Shown here: piece by piece, positions 44,558 to 54,350 of the stretch | Layout of the letters: each line of letters opens with the position of its first letter | Numbering within the stretch: position 1 is the first letter of the stretch | IMG/VR virus record: IMGVR_UViG_3300033073_001071 | Span: 488-64,487 of that record | Length of the DNA stretch: 64,000 nt | Strand: one strand, 5' to 3' | From: a virus | The notes under the pieces: generated by a model | Databases searched by the model: none | What the model was told of the DNA's origin: nothing | Seen by the model: only the letters and a program-made list of their open reading frames with translations | Program-made: the position numbers and the translations under genes

Positions 44558-45189
44558 TATCCACCAAATACTTCCATTGCGTGTTTATAGTGCTTGATGC
44601 GGTCTTCCAATCCCAGTGTACCACCATTTATGCGTTTTGTTAGAGTTAACATATCACCTTTGTCAGCCCACTGGTTCAAGTTGTTGGCTTCCCAAAACCA
44701 GCAAGCACTTTGTACGCAACCTTCAAAGGTCAGTAAATGTTCTGCTGCTTCTTCTACGGAAATTTCTAAACTTTCGGCATAGCGAGTATAGTTGTCTTTG
44801 CCGGTAAGTTGGATTAGTCCCTTACCACGATAACGCCAACCGTCACCTGACTCTTCGGGACCATTCCCCATTCTGCCACCATAAGCACGGTTAGCAATCA
44901 TTTCTGGTTTGTTAGCGTATCTTGCCGCAGTGGCATCATCAGGAAAGTACTTGGGCCATACTTTACGAAGACTTGCAGCCTTGTAGTTAAGGTTTTCTGT
45001 AATAAATTTAAATCCACCAGATTCGTGTGCTGTCTGTGCTACAAATGCAGCCACACGAGGAATAGTGTGTATTTCATAATCTGGTAATATTTTGCAAAAT
45101 GCGCTGTACCACTGTTGAATATAAGGGTTACCGTGTACGCATTCGTCTAGTTTTTCTACTGTAAAATCAAATTGGAATCCATCAGCCAT
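44557..45189 (-). CDS. endolysin, glycoside hydrolase family 19
   Basis: AQTAHESGGF, ENLNY, YRGKGLIQLTGKDNY and TKRINGG; late-type promoter at 45219-45225. Confidence 0.92.
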   Translation of the reverse strand: MADGFQFDFTVEKLDECVHGNPYIQQWYSAFCKILPDYEIHTIPRVAAFVAQTAHESGGFKFITENLNYKAASLRKVWPKYFPDDATAARYANKPEMIANRAYGGRMGNGPEESGDGWRYRGKGLIQLTGKDNYTRYAESLEISVEEAAEHLLTFEGCVQSACWFWEANNLNQWADKGDMLTLTKRINGGTLGLEDRIKHYKHAMEVFGG

Positions 45190-45253
45190 TGCTTTGTCCT
45201 TGAAAAGTTATCTCAAAGTATTTAGCTTTTTGGCTGGTGGTTTTAGGTTTGGA

Positions 45254-45814
45254 TTATTTTAAGCCTGCTGCTACTCGCAGCTGCTCAGTCCAATCATTTA
45301 CAGGAGCAGTTCTGCGGATAGGAACTCTTGCAGCTTCCTGCATAGCAGTGATTTCTTCGTCAGAATCTTTATACTGTTTGCTGTAAAATTCAGGAGTTAA
45401 AGGTACAATATTAGCTACATTATCTAAGCTTAAATCATACTGTTTACTGTTTTTGCGATACTGAAACTTCCAGTCAGCTATGTCTTGATCTGTAAGATTA
45501 AGTAAGTCATCTACTAACTGCATAATGCGATCAGCTGCATCAACTGAACGCTCTATTTCAACAAACACAATGTATTCGCCGTCATCCATAACGCCTGAAC
45601 TGACATCACTGTCTAGCACAAAGTCATATCCGGTTTCAAAGAATGACATAAGAGAGTTAGCAGGTTCCTTTTCACGAACTTTAAAGCTTAGTACAATGAT
45701 ATCCTCGTCGGTGCCCATTTTGCTTTTGAATTCATCAATGTGCAATTCGGATTTTACTAGTCTTTTTAGATCGCCCTGTTCTAGGCCTTCGAATATATTA
45801 GACTGCTGGTGCAT
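45254..45814 (-). CDS. conserved phage hypothetical protein
   Basis: IDEFKSKMG..GYDFVLDSDVS; LRVAAGLK end. Confidence 0.7.
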   Translation of the reverse strand: MHQQSNIFEGLEQGDLKRLVKSELHIDEFKSKMGTDEDIIVLSFKVREKEPANSLMSFFETGYDFVLDSDVSSGVMDDGEYIVFVEIERSVDAADRIMQLVDDLLNLTDQDIADWKFQYRKNSKQYDLSLDNVANIVPLTPEFYSKQYKDSDEEITAMQEAARVPIRRTAPVNDWTEQLRVAAGLK

Positions 45815-46328
45815 TTTGTTGCTCCATGTCTTGTTGGAATACATCATCTGTTTGACCTTCTTCTGCGGCCTGCTCGATGTCTTCCTGATCTAACAGTCCG
45901 TTTTCAAGTTCAATACTGCCCTGCTCAATATCGCTCATTAACTGCTTGGGCATGGTTATAGTAACTAACCAAATAGGCTTGCTGACCATTCTGGGCATTT
46001 TTGTGCCTGGTTTGAAATCGTCGTAGCTTTTAACTGCAATAGGATATTCTAATATATCTTTTTTGTAAGTAATTTCGCAGCCATAATTAAGCAAACGCTC
46101 ACCACCTGCAGGATCTGGCATATTTTTGTAATCGTACATAAAAGTGCAGGTTACAAAATACTTTTCATAAACTGGACCTTCAACTAGTTCGCCTTTTTTC
46201 CAGTTATCAAAAGCATATAAATCCAAGTCATCTAGCACACGCTCGTAGTCCAACAAAGTTTCTAAACTACTGTCAGTCATGTAGATATCTTTTGTGTTAT
46301 CTAGTATTTTTTTAATATTCGCGGCCAT
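45798..46328 (-). CDS. conserved phage hypothetical protein
   Basis: LLDYERVLD..NWKKGELVEGP..MPDPAGG; CATAAATA 5 nt before the ATG. Confidence 0.75.
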   Translation of the reverse strand: MAANIKKILDNTKDIYMTDSSLETLLDYERVLDDLDLYAFDNWKKGELVEGPVYEKYFVTCTFMYDYKNMPDPAGGERLLNYGCEITYKKDILEYPIAVKSYDDFKPGTKMPRMVSKPIWLVTITMPKQLMSDIEQGSIELENGLLDQEDIEQAAEEGQTDDVFQQDMEQQNAPAV

Positions 46329-46349
46329 AATATTATTTATGCGCTATTA

Positions 46350-46484
46350 TTATTCTTTTGGCTCTTCTTTTTGTTCTATTTTTCGCTCTATTGGGGCGGG
46401 AAAGTAAGGTTCAATCACATAGTGATTTGCACCCCACCAGCCAATGGCTGTAAAAAATCCAGCTACTAGTAATTCAATTATCAT
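46350..46484 (-). CDS. small membrane protein
   Basis: MIIELLVAGFFTAIGWWGAN... Confidence 0.5.
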   Translation of the reverse strand: MIIELLVAGFFTAIGWWGANHYVIEPYFPAPIERKIEQKEEPKE

Positions 46485-47128
46485 TATTTTTCCAATAACT
46501 GTTTGACAAAATCTTGCAGAAGTTTGTGATGACGACCTTTGTGCCAATAGGGTTTAATGTAGCTTTTATTGTACCAAGATTCTAAGCTGTCTGGGCAAGC
46601 TCCCATTACACCTACTTTACCCTGGACTATACACATTGGATCACCATTCGCATAGGTTGCAGTAACTGTATAACTTTTTGGGTTACCAGTAAAAGTACAG
46701 CCATCTCTAAAAAACATTTTTTCTTCTTGTCCTAGCCAAGTTACATCTGCGGCTATGTCATAGCATCTGCGAATATCTGCTGTAGGTCTTTTAATGTATT
46801 GTACTGCATCAACTTGGTCTAGTATATCAAAGTAATGTTTTCCTGCCCAGTACGCACCTACACAAATGCCTAGATAAGCACCACCTTGGGCTACAAAATC
46901 TGCTACCGCATTGGCTCTTTTTCTTAAAAACATAGCGTCATAGTCATCAGCATCTCCCACGCCTCCGGGAAATGCTAACATATCCACCCCCTTGAAAGTT
47001 TCAGATGTACATTGTTGTTCTGTAAAAATTTTTATGTTATAGAAAGGACTAAGTGCAGCAATAACACCATCACCACATTCTGCTGCTTGTTTGGAAGATT
47101 TGTCTCTAAATAGTGCTATGGTTTTCAT
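46484..47128 (-). CDS. BPL_N-type class I glutamine-amidotransferase-like protein
   Basis: FPGG and GGAYLGICVGAY nucleophile elbow. Confidence 0.75.
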   Translation of the reverse strand: MKTIALFRDKSSKQAAECGDGVIAALSPFYNIKIFTEQQCTSETFKGVDMLAFPGGVGDADDYDAMFLRKRANAVADFVAQGGAYLGICVGAYWAGKHYFDILDQVDAVQYIKRPTADIRRCYDIAADVTWLGQEEKMFFRDGCTFTGNPKSYTVTATYANGDPMCIVQGKVGVMGACPDSLESWYNKSYIKPYWHKGRHHKLLQDFVKQLLEK

Positions 47129-47274
47129 ATTATTGATCAACATATTTACCAACAGCCTAATACTTAGTCTAAAATACAGATTTATTATAACAGCGGTTTG
47201 CTATTACAGTCTATTTTTAAATATTAAGTGGACACTGAGTTTAGAGTCCGCTGCTTAGTTCCACACTTACACAT

Positions 47275-48027
47275 TTGGAGGATATATTGTCAAAGCGTAA
47301 GAGTAGGTTGCTCTACCAACCTGAACAAAAAGTAGAAAACAATATAGTCAGTATCAACACTTATTATAATACACGCAAACGAGCTGTTCAATTACTACCC
47401 AAAACACTCAATCAAGAAACTTATATAAATCTTCTAACAGATCCCAACAAGCTAATAATTTTTGCCACAGGACCTGCGGGTACAGGCAAAACCATGTTGG
47501 CCATGTTAGCGGGTATTAGAGCCTTGAGAGAGGGCAGTATTACTAAGATCATTCTTACAAGACCTGCTGTGGGAGTAGACGATGAACAGCATGGATTTTT
47601 GCCCGGGGATCTAAATCAAAAAATGGAACCATGGACAAGACCTTTGTTTGATGTATTATTAGAGTACTACGACAAAAAAGAAGTAGCCCGAATGCTAGAC
47701 GAACAAATAATAGAGATATCTCCACTAGCATTCATGCGAGGACGGACATTTAAAAATGCGTGGATAATTGCAGACGAAATGCAGAACGCTACACCAAATC
47801 AGATGAAAATGCTGTTAACTCGTTTAGGCGAAAATAGTAAAATGGTTGTCACCGGGGACACCCGTCAAGCGGACCGCCAAGACCCTGACAATGGTCTATT
47901 AGACTTTAAGGCACTGGTCGAAGACTATAAAAATTGTCAGTACATAGCAGGAGTAGAATTAACCGGAAGAGATATCCAAAGGCATCCTGCTGTTAAGGAA
48001 GTGTTAAGAGTATATCGGGAGATATAA
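47275..48027 (+). CDS. phoH: PhoH-family ATPase
   Basis: GPAGTGKT, RPAV, GFLPG, PLAFMRGRTF, DEMQN, GDTRQAD and RHP. Confidence 0.95.
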   Translation: MEDILSKRKSRLLYQPEQKVENNIVSINTYYNTRKRAVQLLPKTLNQETYINLLTDPNKLIIFATGPAGTGKTMLAMLAGIRALREGSITKIILTRPAVGVDDEQHGFLPGDLNQKMEPWTRPLFDVLLEYYDKKEVARMLDEQIIEISPLAFMRGRTFKNAWIIADEMQNATPNQMKMLLTRLGENSKMVVTGDTRQADRQDPDNGLLDFKALVEDYKNCQYIAGVELTGRDIQRHPAVKEVLRVYREI

Positions 48028-48034
48028 ACTCTGG

Positions 48035-48056
48035 GTAGTCGGCTTCGGCCGACTAC
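48035..48056. terminator. hairpin between convergent genes (probable bidirectional terminator)
   Basis: Perfect 9-bp stem GTAGTCGGC-TTCG-GCCGACTAC. Confidence 0.85.
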
Positions 48057-48647
48057 TTATTTCAAATTATGTACAACGATGTTGTAGATATCACGCCAAT
48101 TTTTAACTTTGGCAAATGGAAGCACAGCATCCATGTTATGTCCATGTTCCATTAGAATACTTCTTAATCCAAGATTGTAACCAACCTGGGCATTAGTAAT
48201 TTTGTCTTCTATCCAGTAATAGCCGCTGTTTCTGTAGGGCTCTAGTGCATCGTCTTTGTCTGCACTGGTTTCAAGGAAAATAAACTTCTCAAATGCAGTT
48301 TCACCAAACAGTTTACGAAGATTCATTCTGCGGAGTTCGCAGGCATTTTCATCTTTGCTCAAACTGGTAATACAGTGAAACACATAACCATGTTCCTCAT
48401 GTAGCCTTTTAACATAATACATGGCATCACGCAAGGGAGGTAAAAAGCCTATGTGTGCTGATTCGTTAAAAATCTTGACTAGTTTAGTAGCTTGTTCACC
48501 GTCGATACCGTATCTACTGTCGGTTTTATATTTTAAGTGGCCACCTTCTACTTTATTAAAGCCATGCTGTCGCATCCAAACATCAAAACTATACTCCCAA
48601 TCAAGCAGCACGCCGTCAGCGTCTGTTAATATGATTTTGTTTTTCAT
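48057..48647 (-). CDS. HAD-family 5'(3')-nucleotidase-like protein
   Basis: TDADGVLLDW, ITS, WIEDK and HGHN. Confidence 0.8.
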   Translation of the reverse strand: MKNKIILTDADGVLLDWEYSFDVWMRQHGFNKVEGGHLKYKTDSRYGIDGEQATKLVKIFNESAHIGFLPPLRDAMYYVKRLHEEHGYVFHCITSLSKDENACELRRMNLRKLFGETAFEKFIFLETSADKDDALEPYRNSGYYWIEDKITNAQVGYNLGLRSILMEHGHNMDAVLPFAKVKNWRDIYNIVVHNLK

Positions 48648-48650
48648 AAA

Positions 48651-48893
48651 TTATTTTCGTTGTTGAAGTCGTTGTACAACGCCAATTGTTGCTTCCAATT
48701 GACTTTCGAGTCTATTAATTTTTCTACGCAGGTACGCCAGTTCCAGTGCTTGGTCGGTGTTAGTTTCAGCTAACTTTTTAAACTGATCACGCCAAGTTTT
48801 CATTTCTTTTTCATGTCCCAACAGTGTAGGGCGTGGTGGAGCGTTGGGATCAACTACCTTTTTCTTTTTCTGTTTGAACATTCCTGGAATCAT
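48651..48893 (-). CDS. hypothetical coiled-coil protein
   Basis: 80 aa, VDPNAPPRPTLL. Confidence 0.6.
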   Translation of the reverse strand: MIPGMFKQKKKKVVDPNAPPRPTLLGHEKEMKTWRDQFKKLAETNTDQALELAYLRRKINRLESQLEATIGVVQRLQQRK

Positions 48894-48900
48894 ACAGTAT

Positions 48901-49824
48901 TTATTTGTCGATTCCTGCTAGCTCTGTGATAGTAGCACTTAAGTTGATTTCAGGATCACCGCACTGACTGTGCCACACAATACCTTTGCGAATAATCATA
49001 ATAGCTTCGTCTCGTCCTTCATCGCTTTTGCTCCACAAATCCAAGTTGTCATACATCCAGCGGAAGATTTCTTCCATTTCTTCAGGGCGAGCTTGTTCGC
49101 ACAACAGTTTTCTAGCTTCACGAATCTTTCGCTGTTTGAACAGTTCTACCATTGTGAGTCTATAGTCTGCGGTACTGCTTTGTTCTTCTCGGGGACTTAA
49201 CAGTTTACCAGTACTGCTGTTTTGTTGAATCAACTTTAAACAATTACGAAGATCAGGATAAGTTGCTTTGACATAGCTGTCCAGTGTGTCTAAGTCAAAT
49301 TCTACTTCTTCAGTGACCAGTACTGTAGCTGCTCTTGCCGTAAATTCTGTTTGATCTGTTTTGTTAATCTGTAGATCTACGCAGCGACTTTTGATTGGCG
49401 TAATGATCTTGTGTACCAAATTACAAGTTAGGATAAATCTAGCCTGTGCTTGATAAGTTTCCATTAAGCCACGCAACAGTCCCTGTGCATTAGGACTCAA
49501 ATAGTCTGCTTCATCTAATAACACAATTTTTAAGTGTCCAAAGGGCAGTGTACTGACAAAGCCTTCTATCTTTGTTTTAAGAAAGTCTACACCGTTGTCT
49601 CGACTGGCGTTGACTTGTAAAAAGTCATAGTCGTCAATGCCTAACTGATTGACCAAGACTTTGGCCAGTGTAGTCTTGCCAGTGCCTGCTGGTCCATGCA
49701 GCAGTAGATGTGGACAAGCACCTTCTTCAATCCATCCTTCTACTTGTTCTTTAACTGCTTGATCAGTAAACACATATTCGTCTACTGTTTTGGGTCTATA
49801 TTTTTCTGTCCAAAGTTCTTTCAT
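48901..49824 (-). CDS. clamp loader AAA+ subunit (gp44/RFC-like)
   Basis: WTEKYRP, GPAGTGKTT, NAS, LDEAD and SRC. Confidence 0.93.
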   Translation of the reverse strand: MKELWTEKYRPKTVDEYVFTDQAVKEQVEGWIEEGACPHLLLHGPAGTGKTTLAKVLVNQLGIDDYDFLQVNASRDNGVDFLKTKIEGFVSTLPFGHLKIVLLDEADYLSPNAQGLLRGLMETYQAQARFILTCNLVHKIITPIKSRCVDLQINKTDQTEFTARAATVLVTEEVEFDLDTLDSYVKATYPDLRNCLKLIQQNSSTGKLLSPREEQSSTADYRLTMVELFKQRKIREARKLLCEQARPEEMEEIFRWMYDNLDLWSKSDEGRDEAIMIIRKGIVWHSQCGDPEINLSATITELAGIDK

Positions 49825-50096
49825 TAGTATCTACTTCCTGGTTGACCCGGCTCGTTTGAACCGGTGCATTCATATCTATGATCAGTTGGTCGGGGACAAC
49901 GCTTGTTGCCGCATTCTGGACACACAATCATGTGTGTGATTGTGTACTGGGGATCTTTGTCCTTCATGCAATTATAACATCTGCAGGGTCGTTGTGAGAC
50001 TTTCTTCTTGCCGAAGATAGCGTCCCAATTATTGCTGAAAGTATTATGGTCTACACTGAATGGTCTTGGTGCTGAACCTTTGCCGCCGTCGCTCAT
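49824..50096 (-). CDS. small Cys-rich protein
   Basis: GGKGSAPRP..WDAIF fused to CxCxxC...CPECGNKRCP. Confidence 0.6.
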   Translation of the reverse strand: MSDGGKGSAPRPFSVDHNTFSNNWDAIFGKKKVSQRPCRCYNCMKDKDPQYTITHMIVCPECGNKRCPRPTDHRYECTGSNEPGQPGSRY

Positions 50097-50554
50097 TTTC
50101 TTGTCTGTGCCTCCGCTACTCGTTTACGCAGACTGCTGCTGCTAAAACTGTGATCACGCTTATTATACACAAGTTCAATGCCTCTGTCAAAGCAAATTTC
50201 CTTCCCGGTGAAATCTCTATCAGCATATTCTACACCCAAAATTCTAACATCAATTGGTAGTGTCAGCAGAATATCTTCCAAATCTTTTTCAGTTTGGTAA
50301 ACAACTATTTCATCTACATATCTAGTAGCACTTAATTGAATCTGTCGTTCCACAATACTCTGTACAGGAGGATTTTTGCTGTCGGGTCTATCAATAGTAG
50401 GATCAGTTTGCAGTCCTGCAATCAAATAATCACAGTGATTTTTACATTCACTTAACATGGCAATGTGTCCAGCGTGTAGCAAATCGAATGTGCTAAAAGT
50501 TATACCAATCTTCAGACCTTTGTCTTTGAGTTCTCTTACTTTATTGAATATCAT
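50093..50554 (-). CDS. cytidylyltransferase (TagD-like)
   Basis: FDLLHAGH, GLQTDP and RDHSFSSSSLR. Confidence 0.88.
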   Translation of the reverse strand: MIFNKVRELKDKGLKIGITFSTFDLLHAGHIAMLSECKNHCDYLIAGLQTDPTIDRPDSKNPPVQSIVERQIQLSATRYVDEIVVYQTEKDLEDILLTLPIDVRILGVEYADRDFTGKEICFDRGIELVYNKRDHSFSSSSLRKRVAEAQTRK

Positions 50555-50754
50555 ACAATCTTACCAATGGTCGAATAAATTAGTTCGTCTAATTCACGCT
50601 GATAGTCTTGTCCTGACCTACGCTTAAAATAAATTGCAGTAACAAGATCAGTAGGCAGCTGCAGGCCGCGGCTTTCTATTTCTTCGATTAGATCATTGTC
50701 ACTAAAGTCTGTTAATTCTACATCAACTTCTACATAAGTTTCTACAGTTGGCAT
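50551..50754 (-). CDS. hypothetical protein
   Basis: 67 aa, coupled overlaps. Confidence 0.6.
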   Translation of the reverse strand: MPTVETYVEVDVELTDFSDNDLIEEIESRGLQLPTDLVTAIYFKRRSGQDYQRELDELIYSTIGKIV

Positions 50755-50957
50755 TATACTAACTCCTCTACTACACCTAAAATTTCAGCCAATATTAGCA
50801 AGGCTCCTGTACCTGCAATGGCGTATTTAAATCCTGCAGGTTCAACAATAGAACCTACAATTAATAATGTACCTGCACTAATTCGAATAGCACTTTTTAC
50901 AATGCTGACATAAAAGTGTCCGCGGCTGGTATCTCGGGGTTGAATATCAAACTGCAT
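50754..50957 (-). CDS. small membrane protein
   Basis: HFYVSIVKS...AEILGVVEELV, two TM helices. Confidence 0.65.
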   Translation of the reverse strand: MQFDIQPRDTSRGHFYVSIVKSAIRISAGTLLIVGSIVEPAGFKYAIAGTGALLILAEILGVVEELV

Positions 50958-51156
50958 TGATTAATTCCTTTAAATTTTTGACAGCTTCGGGATCTAAACA
51001 GACATCGTATTTGACATGTTCTTCTAAAGGATTCTTACTGTCTGTGTAAGTTGTGGTAATTCTAAAGTTTAACCACCCTTGGTGGGTGGTGTCGTTAAAT
51101 TGTTTAAGTTCCATATGGGTCACATGCCCACCGTTATCGACTATTTGTTTTTTCAT
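50947..51156 (-). CDS. hypothetical protein
   Basis: 69 aa ORF. Confidence 0.55.
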   Translation of the reverse strand: MKKQIVDNGGHVTHMELKQFNDTTHQGWLNFRITTTYTDSKNPLEEHVKYDVCLDPEAVKNLKELINAV

Positions 51157-51385
51157 TTAAAATTTTCCAAGTTTTTCGTTTGGCTTGTAGTTCAAAATAT
51201 TCTGGTTCCCCACTAAATGTGGGACTGGTTTCGAGAATTTCATCTAATAGATATTTTATCTCTAGTAGATCTTTTTTGATTTCCCATTGGGTAAATCCAT
51301 CATTGTAGTGATTGTTAACTTGTGCGGACATAGCTCTTAGTTGATTTTCAATCAACTTTCTGTCCCAAGTAATTCTAAAGCTCAT
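51134..51385 (-). CDS. hypothetical protein
   Basis: 83 aa, YNDGFTQWEIKKDL. Confidence 0.6.
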   Translation of the reverse strand: MSFRITWDRKLIENQLRAMSAQVNNHYNDGFTQWEIKKDLLEIKYLLDEILETSPTFSGEPEYFELQAKRKTWKILNEKTNSR

Positions 51386-51386
51386 G

Positions 51387-51560
51387 TTATTTTTGTTTTT
51401 TCGTTAATGTCCAAGTACCGTCTTGGTTATCTTGCCATGTAATAACATCGCCAGGTTGCCATCCTGTGGACTCCATTAAGTCATCGGGAAATGTCAGTAT
51501 CATGTCTTCGGGGCTTTCAGGATCTGCTTCGACTGTCAGTGTCCAAGTTTTATTCTCCAT
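51387..51560 (-). CDS. AbrB/MazE-like small protein
   Basis: ILTFPDDLMESTGWQPGDVITW swapped-hairpin pattern. Confidence 0.6.
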   Translation of the reverse strand: MENKTWTLTVEADPESPEDMILTFPDDLMESTGWQPGDVITWQDNQDGTWTLTKKQK

Positions 51561-51972
51561 AATATTCTCTCGACTTTCTTTCTGCATGAACTGCTGTGCT
51601 GATGTTATCATCTGTGCTGGGCTCTTCGTCACTGACCATCATAATAGCGGCTGCGTCAATTCTGCGTACTGTAAATTGTACGCCGTCAATTTCAACTTCA
51701 ATACCACGAGTCCAACGACCGTGTTCTACTAAAATCCACTGTCCTGGTACTACATCTTCTTGTTTGGGACCAACAGCATAAACTCTGCACCAACGAGGTC
51801 TAATACCGTCTGTTTTAGCATCATCGCCCATTAAAATAATACCACTGCTCAGTGTTCTTTGTCCAAAGTTCATGTCTGTGGCCAAGACATGATCATTTAA
51901 GGGAATTAACTTTTTTACTTTATTAGTGAATTTAAAACCAATCTTTTGGTCAAATGGATTTGGCATTGCCAT
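51550..51972 (-). CDS. GroES-like co-chaperonin
   Basis: LIPLNDHVL, TLSSGIIL mobile loop and VYAVGP. Confidence 0.8.
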   Translation of the reverse strand: MAMPNPFDQKIGFKFTNKVKKLIPLNDHVLATDMNFGQRTLSSGIILMGDDAKTDGIRPRWCRVYAVGPKQEDVVPGQWILVEHGRWTRGIEVEIDGVQFTVRRIDAAAIMMVSDEEPSTDDNISTAVHAERKSREYYGE

Positions 51973-51978
51973 ATTTGT

Positions 51979-52200
51979 TTACCTCTTACGAATTTTTGTT
52001 AAGTCAACAGGTGCGCGATGCTGATAGTGTTCTTGCATTCTTTGGTTACGCCCTTTTACCACTGTGCCATCGGGAGCAACAATATCGCCCCTTGCATTTG
52101 CGTTCATGTTACCAACAGCACGATCCTTTTCATGTTGAAGCCTAAGCTGATCCATGTTAACGGTTTTGCCTAATGCTGTTCTATAAATGCCTTTAGCCAT
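51979..52200 (-). CDS. conserved small phage protein
   Basis: YRTALGKTVNM...AVGNMNANARGD; SD AAGGA. Confidence 0.7.
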   Translation of the reverse strand: MAKGIYRTALGKTVNMDQLRLQHEKDRAVGNMNANARGDIVAPDGTVVKGRNQRMQEHYQHRAPVDLTKIRKR

Positions 52201-52220
52201 AATTTTATCCTTGTGTGCTA

Positions 52221-52736
52221 TTATTTAAGAAATTCTTCTATGTCTAATTGATAATATATACTGTCAATTTTGTGTACACCTATCAAATATAAAACATAAC
52301 TGGCCACACTAGATCCACGACCCACGCCCCAAACAATATTATTTTTACGCATAGTATCCACCAAATACTTCATAAACTTTAACAAATCAAACAAGTTACG
52401 ATCTTGAAACATCAATAGCTCTTGTCCTGTTCGTTGCAGTTGTTCTTCTGTAGTACACTGAGCCAATACCCACTCTGCAATGTCCATGTTTTTGTATTCT
52501 TCAGGCATAGACCATTTACTTTGATGAGTTCGATCAAAATCTTCTAAACCGGCATAGTCTACTGGCGTGTATGTGTTTAGTTTTTCAAATTCTGCGTGTA
52601 AATTTTTTATTGCTAAATTAAACTGTGTGGGGTCTTGCACTTGAAATCTTGTCAAATCTAGATCAGGATTTGTGTATAACAAATCAAACAGGTCATGCTC
52701 GTCAACAATTAATTCGCCGTAGCTGTTGTATTTCAC
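52221..52736 (-). CDS. stand-alone fragment of DNA polymerase III alpha (DnaE)
   Basis: WGVGRGSSVASYVLYLIGVHKID...EEFL is the DnaE GRGS motif; the ORF ends before the PDxDxD catalytic aspartates. Confidence 0.75.
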   Translation of the reverse strand: MKYNSYGELIVDEHDLFDLLYTNPDLDLTRFQVQDPTQFNLAIKNLHAEFEKLNTYTPVDYAGLEDFDRTHQSKWSMPEEYKNMDIAEWVLAQCTTEEQLQRTGQELLMFQDRNLFDLLKFMKYLVDTMRKNNIVWGVGRGSSVASYVLYLIGVHKIDSIYYQLDIEEFLK

Positions 52737-52969
52737 TTTATATCGATTATATTATCAAACTTATCGTTTTTCTTGAGAATGTCATCAAGTTGTTTTTGTT
52801 GTCTGCGACTGATTTCTTGAGTAAAGTCTTCTAAAATCATTTGCAGTTGTTGTACAAGTTGACCACTGTTCATTCTATAAGCAGTGTTTAATTTTGTCAT
52901 TAGTTCGCCGTGCTTCTTTTGCAGATCAGCGTCTGACATTTGACTTAAATCTGGACTTAATGGATGCAT
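52733..52969 (-). CDS. hypothetical helical protein
   Basis: Start taken at MHPLSPDLS (52969). Confidence 0.65.
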   Translation of the reverse strand: MHPLSPDLSQMSDADLQKKHGELMTKLNTAYRMNSGQLVQQLQMILEDFTQEISRRQQKQLDDILKKNDKFDNIIDIK

Positions 52970-53091
52970 TATGCTCGATCCTTGTGGTCGTGACCTAACA
53001 GTTTTTCTAGTAGCTCTCGAGCAGCATAAATTCTGCCCGAAGCCATCAGTTGCCAAACTTTGGTTAATTGTAAGTAAAGTTCTTCGCTCAT
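52969..53091 (-). CDS. small hypothetical protein (40 aa)
   Basis: MSEELYLQLTKVWQL..., TAATG-coupled to the next gene, downstream of TTGATT-17-TATAAT (53138-53110). Confidence 0.5.
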   Translation of the reverse strand: MSEELYLQLTKVWQLMASGRIYAARELLEKLLGHDHKDRA

Positions 53092-53147
53092 ATGTTAGAC
53101 TTCACATATATTATAAAGTCTATACCAGTTAAAATCAAACAGTTTGG

Positions 53148-54350
53148 TTAACCAACTCTGTACCAAGCATTCGTACTTGTGTGATAGATCCAAGTTCCAC
53201 CAAAAGTAGTATTACCTGTGCTGAATGCACCGTTCACTGTTTGGCCGCCGGATCCACTTTGAGTCAAAGTTGTAATTGTATTGGCAAATGCAATCCTAAT
53301 TGATTGCCCATTAACTGGAGTTGCAGGCATTATAATTGTATGTGTGGAAATAGTTCCAGCATTTGGATTTAAAAGTGCAAAACCAATATTACTATAAATT
53401 TGGGTAGATCCGCCATTTGTGACATTAGCGTATTGAACACCATAAGTTGTTCCGCCGCACATGTCGGTCATACCAGTTACAGTAGCATTACCAACGTTGG
53501 CATTACCGCTTACTGACAAACTTGTCAAAGTACCAACTAGGGTAATGCCAGATTGTACAGCAGTTTGAATATTGCCGTAGATGCCTGTATTAGCAATTAA
53601 ATTATTAGCAGTTAAATTACCTGTGTAAGTGGCACTGTTACCACTGCTGACTAAAGTATCTACAATAATGTTATTAGCGTAGATATTGCCTTTAACAACT
53701 CCACCAACATTGGCTACTGTAATAGTTACACCAGTAGCTGTAGTGTTACTAATTGTGGTATAAAAGTTAACATTACCTTGGAACTCATTGCGATTGCGAG
53801 TAGCTTCACTTATGCTCCAACTTGTACCACCGTCTGTTGTCACAAGTTCAAACACATAATACCCAGTGTTTGCAAATCTTGTGACTTGTCCAGACTGGCG
53901 ATCTAATGTGCTGATATTTTGGCTAACACTGGCTGGCCAAGTAATGGTGTAGGCAACATTTGGTACCACAACACCTAATCTAATACTGATTGTTTTATCT
54001 GTTACACTGCTGAAATTAGAAAATGTAACTGTTAAACTTGCGCCCAAATTTACCAATTGGTAACTGCCATTGTACCAGTTGTAAGTTAGTGTACCCGAGC
54101 TAACTGTGCCGTGATCATAATATACTTCTCTCAATCCCAGTACACTAGCGTTGGCTAGCAGTGAACCTGCCAAATTATTACTTTGACCTGCTATAACAGC
54201 ATTAGCTTGAAGTGCTGAAATTTCAGTGGCAGCATATTGGAAGTTAGTTTTAATATTTTGAAAGTTATCTCTAAAACCCTGGCTGCTGTTATCTTGTCCA
54301 GCTACTGGAAAAGTTGCGTCTATGTTGGTATAATTAATACTGCTGGTCAT
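53148..54350 (-). CDS. tail/baseplate structural protein
   Basis: IDATFPVAGQDNSSQGFRDNF N-terminus; G/S/T/N-rich beta-fibre composition. Confidence 0.75.
   Translation of the reverse strand: MTSSINYTNIDATFPVAGQDNSSQGFRDNFQNIKTNFQYAATEISALQANAVIAGQSNNLAGSLLANASVLGLREVYYDHGTVSSGTLTYNWYNGSYQLVNLGASLTVTFSNFSSVTDKTISIRLGVVVPNVAYTITWPASVSQNISTLDRQSGQVTRFANTGYYVFELVTTDGGTSWSISEATRNRNEFQGNVNFYTTISNTTATGVTITVANVGGVVKGNIYANNIIVDTLVSSGNSATYTGNLTANNLIANTGIYGNIQTAVQSGITLVGTLTSLSVSGNANVGNATVTGMTDMCGGTTYGVQYANVTNGGSTQIYSNIGFALLNPNAGTISTHTIIMPATPVNGQSIRIAFANTITTLTQSGSGGQTVNGAFSTGNTTFGGTWIYHTSTNAWYRVG

Noticed and set aside
45233-45240. GCTGGTGG (E. coli Chi) in an intergenic gap
   Set aside because: A single noticed occurrence is compatible with chance, and the host is unknown
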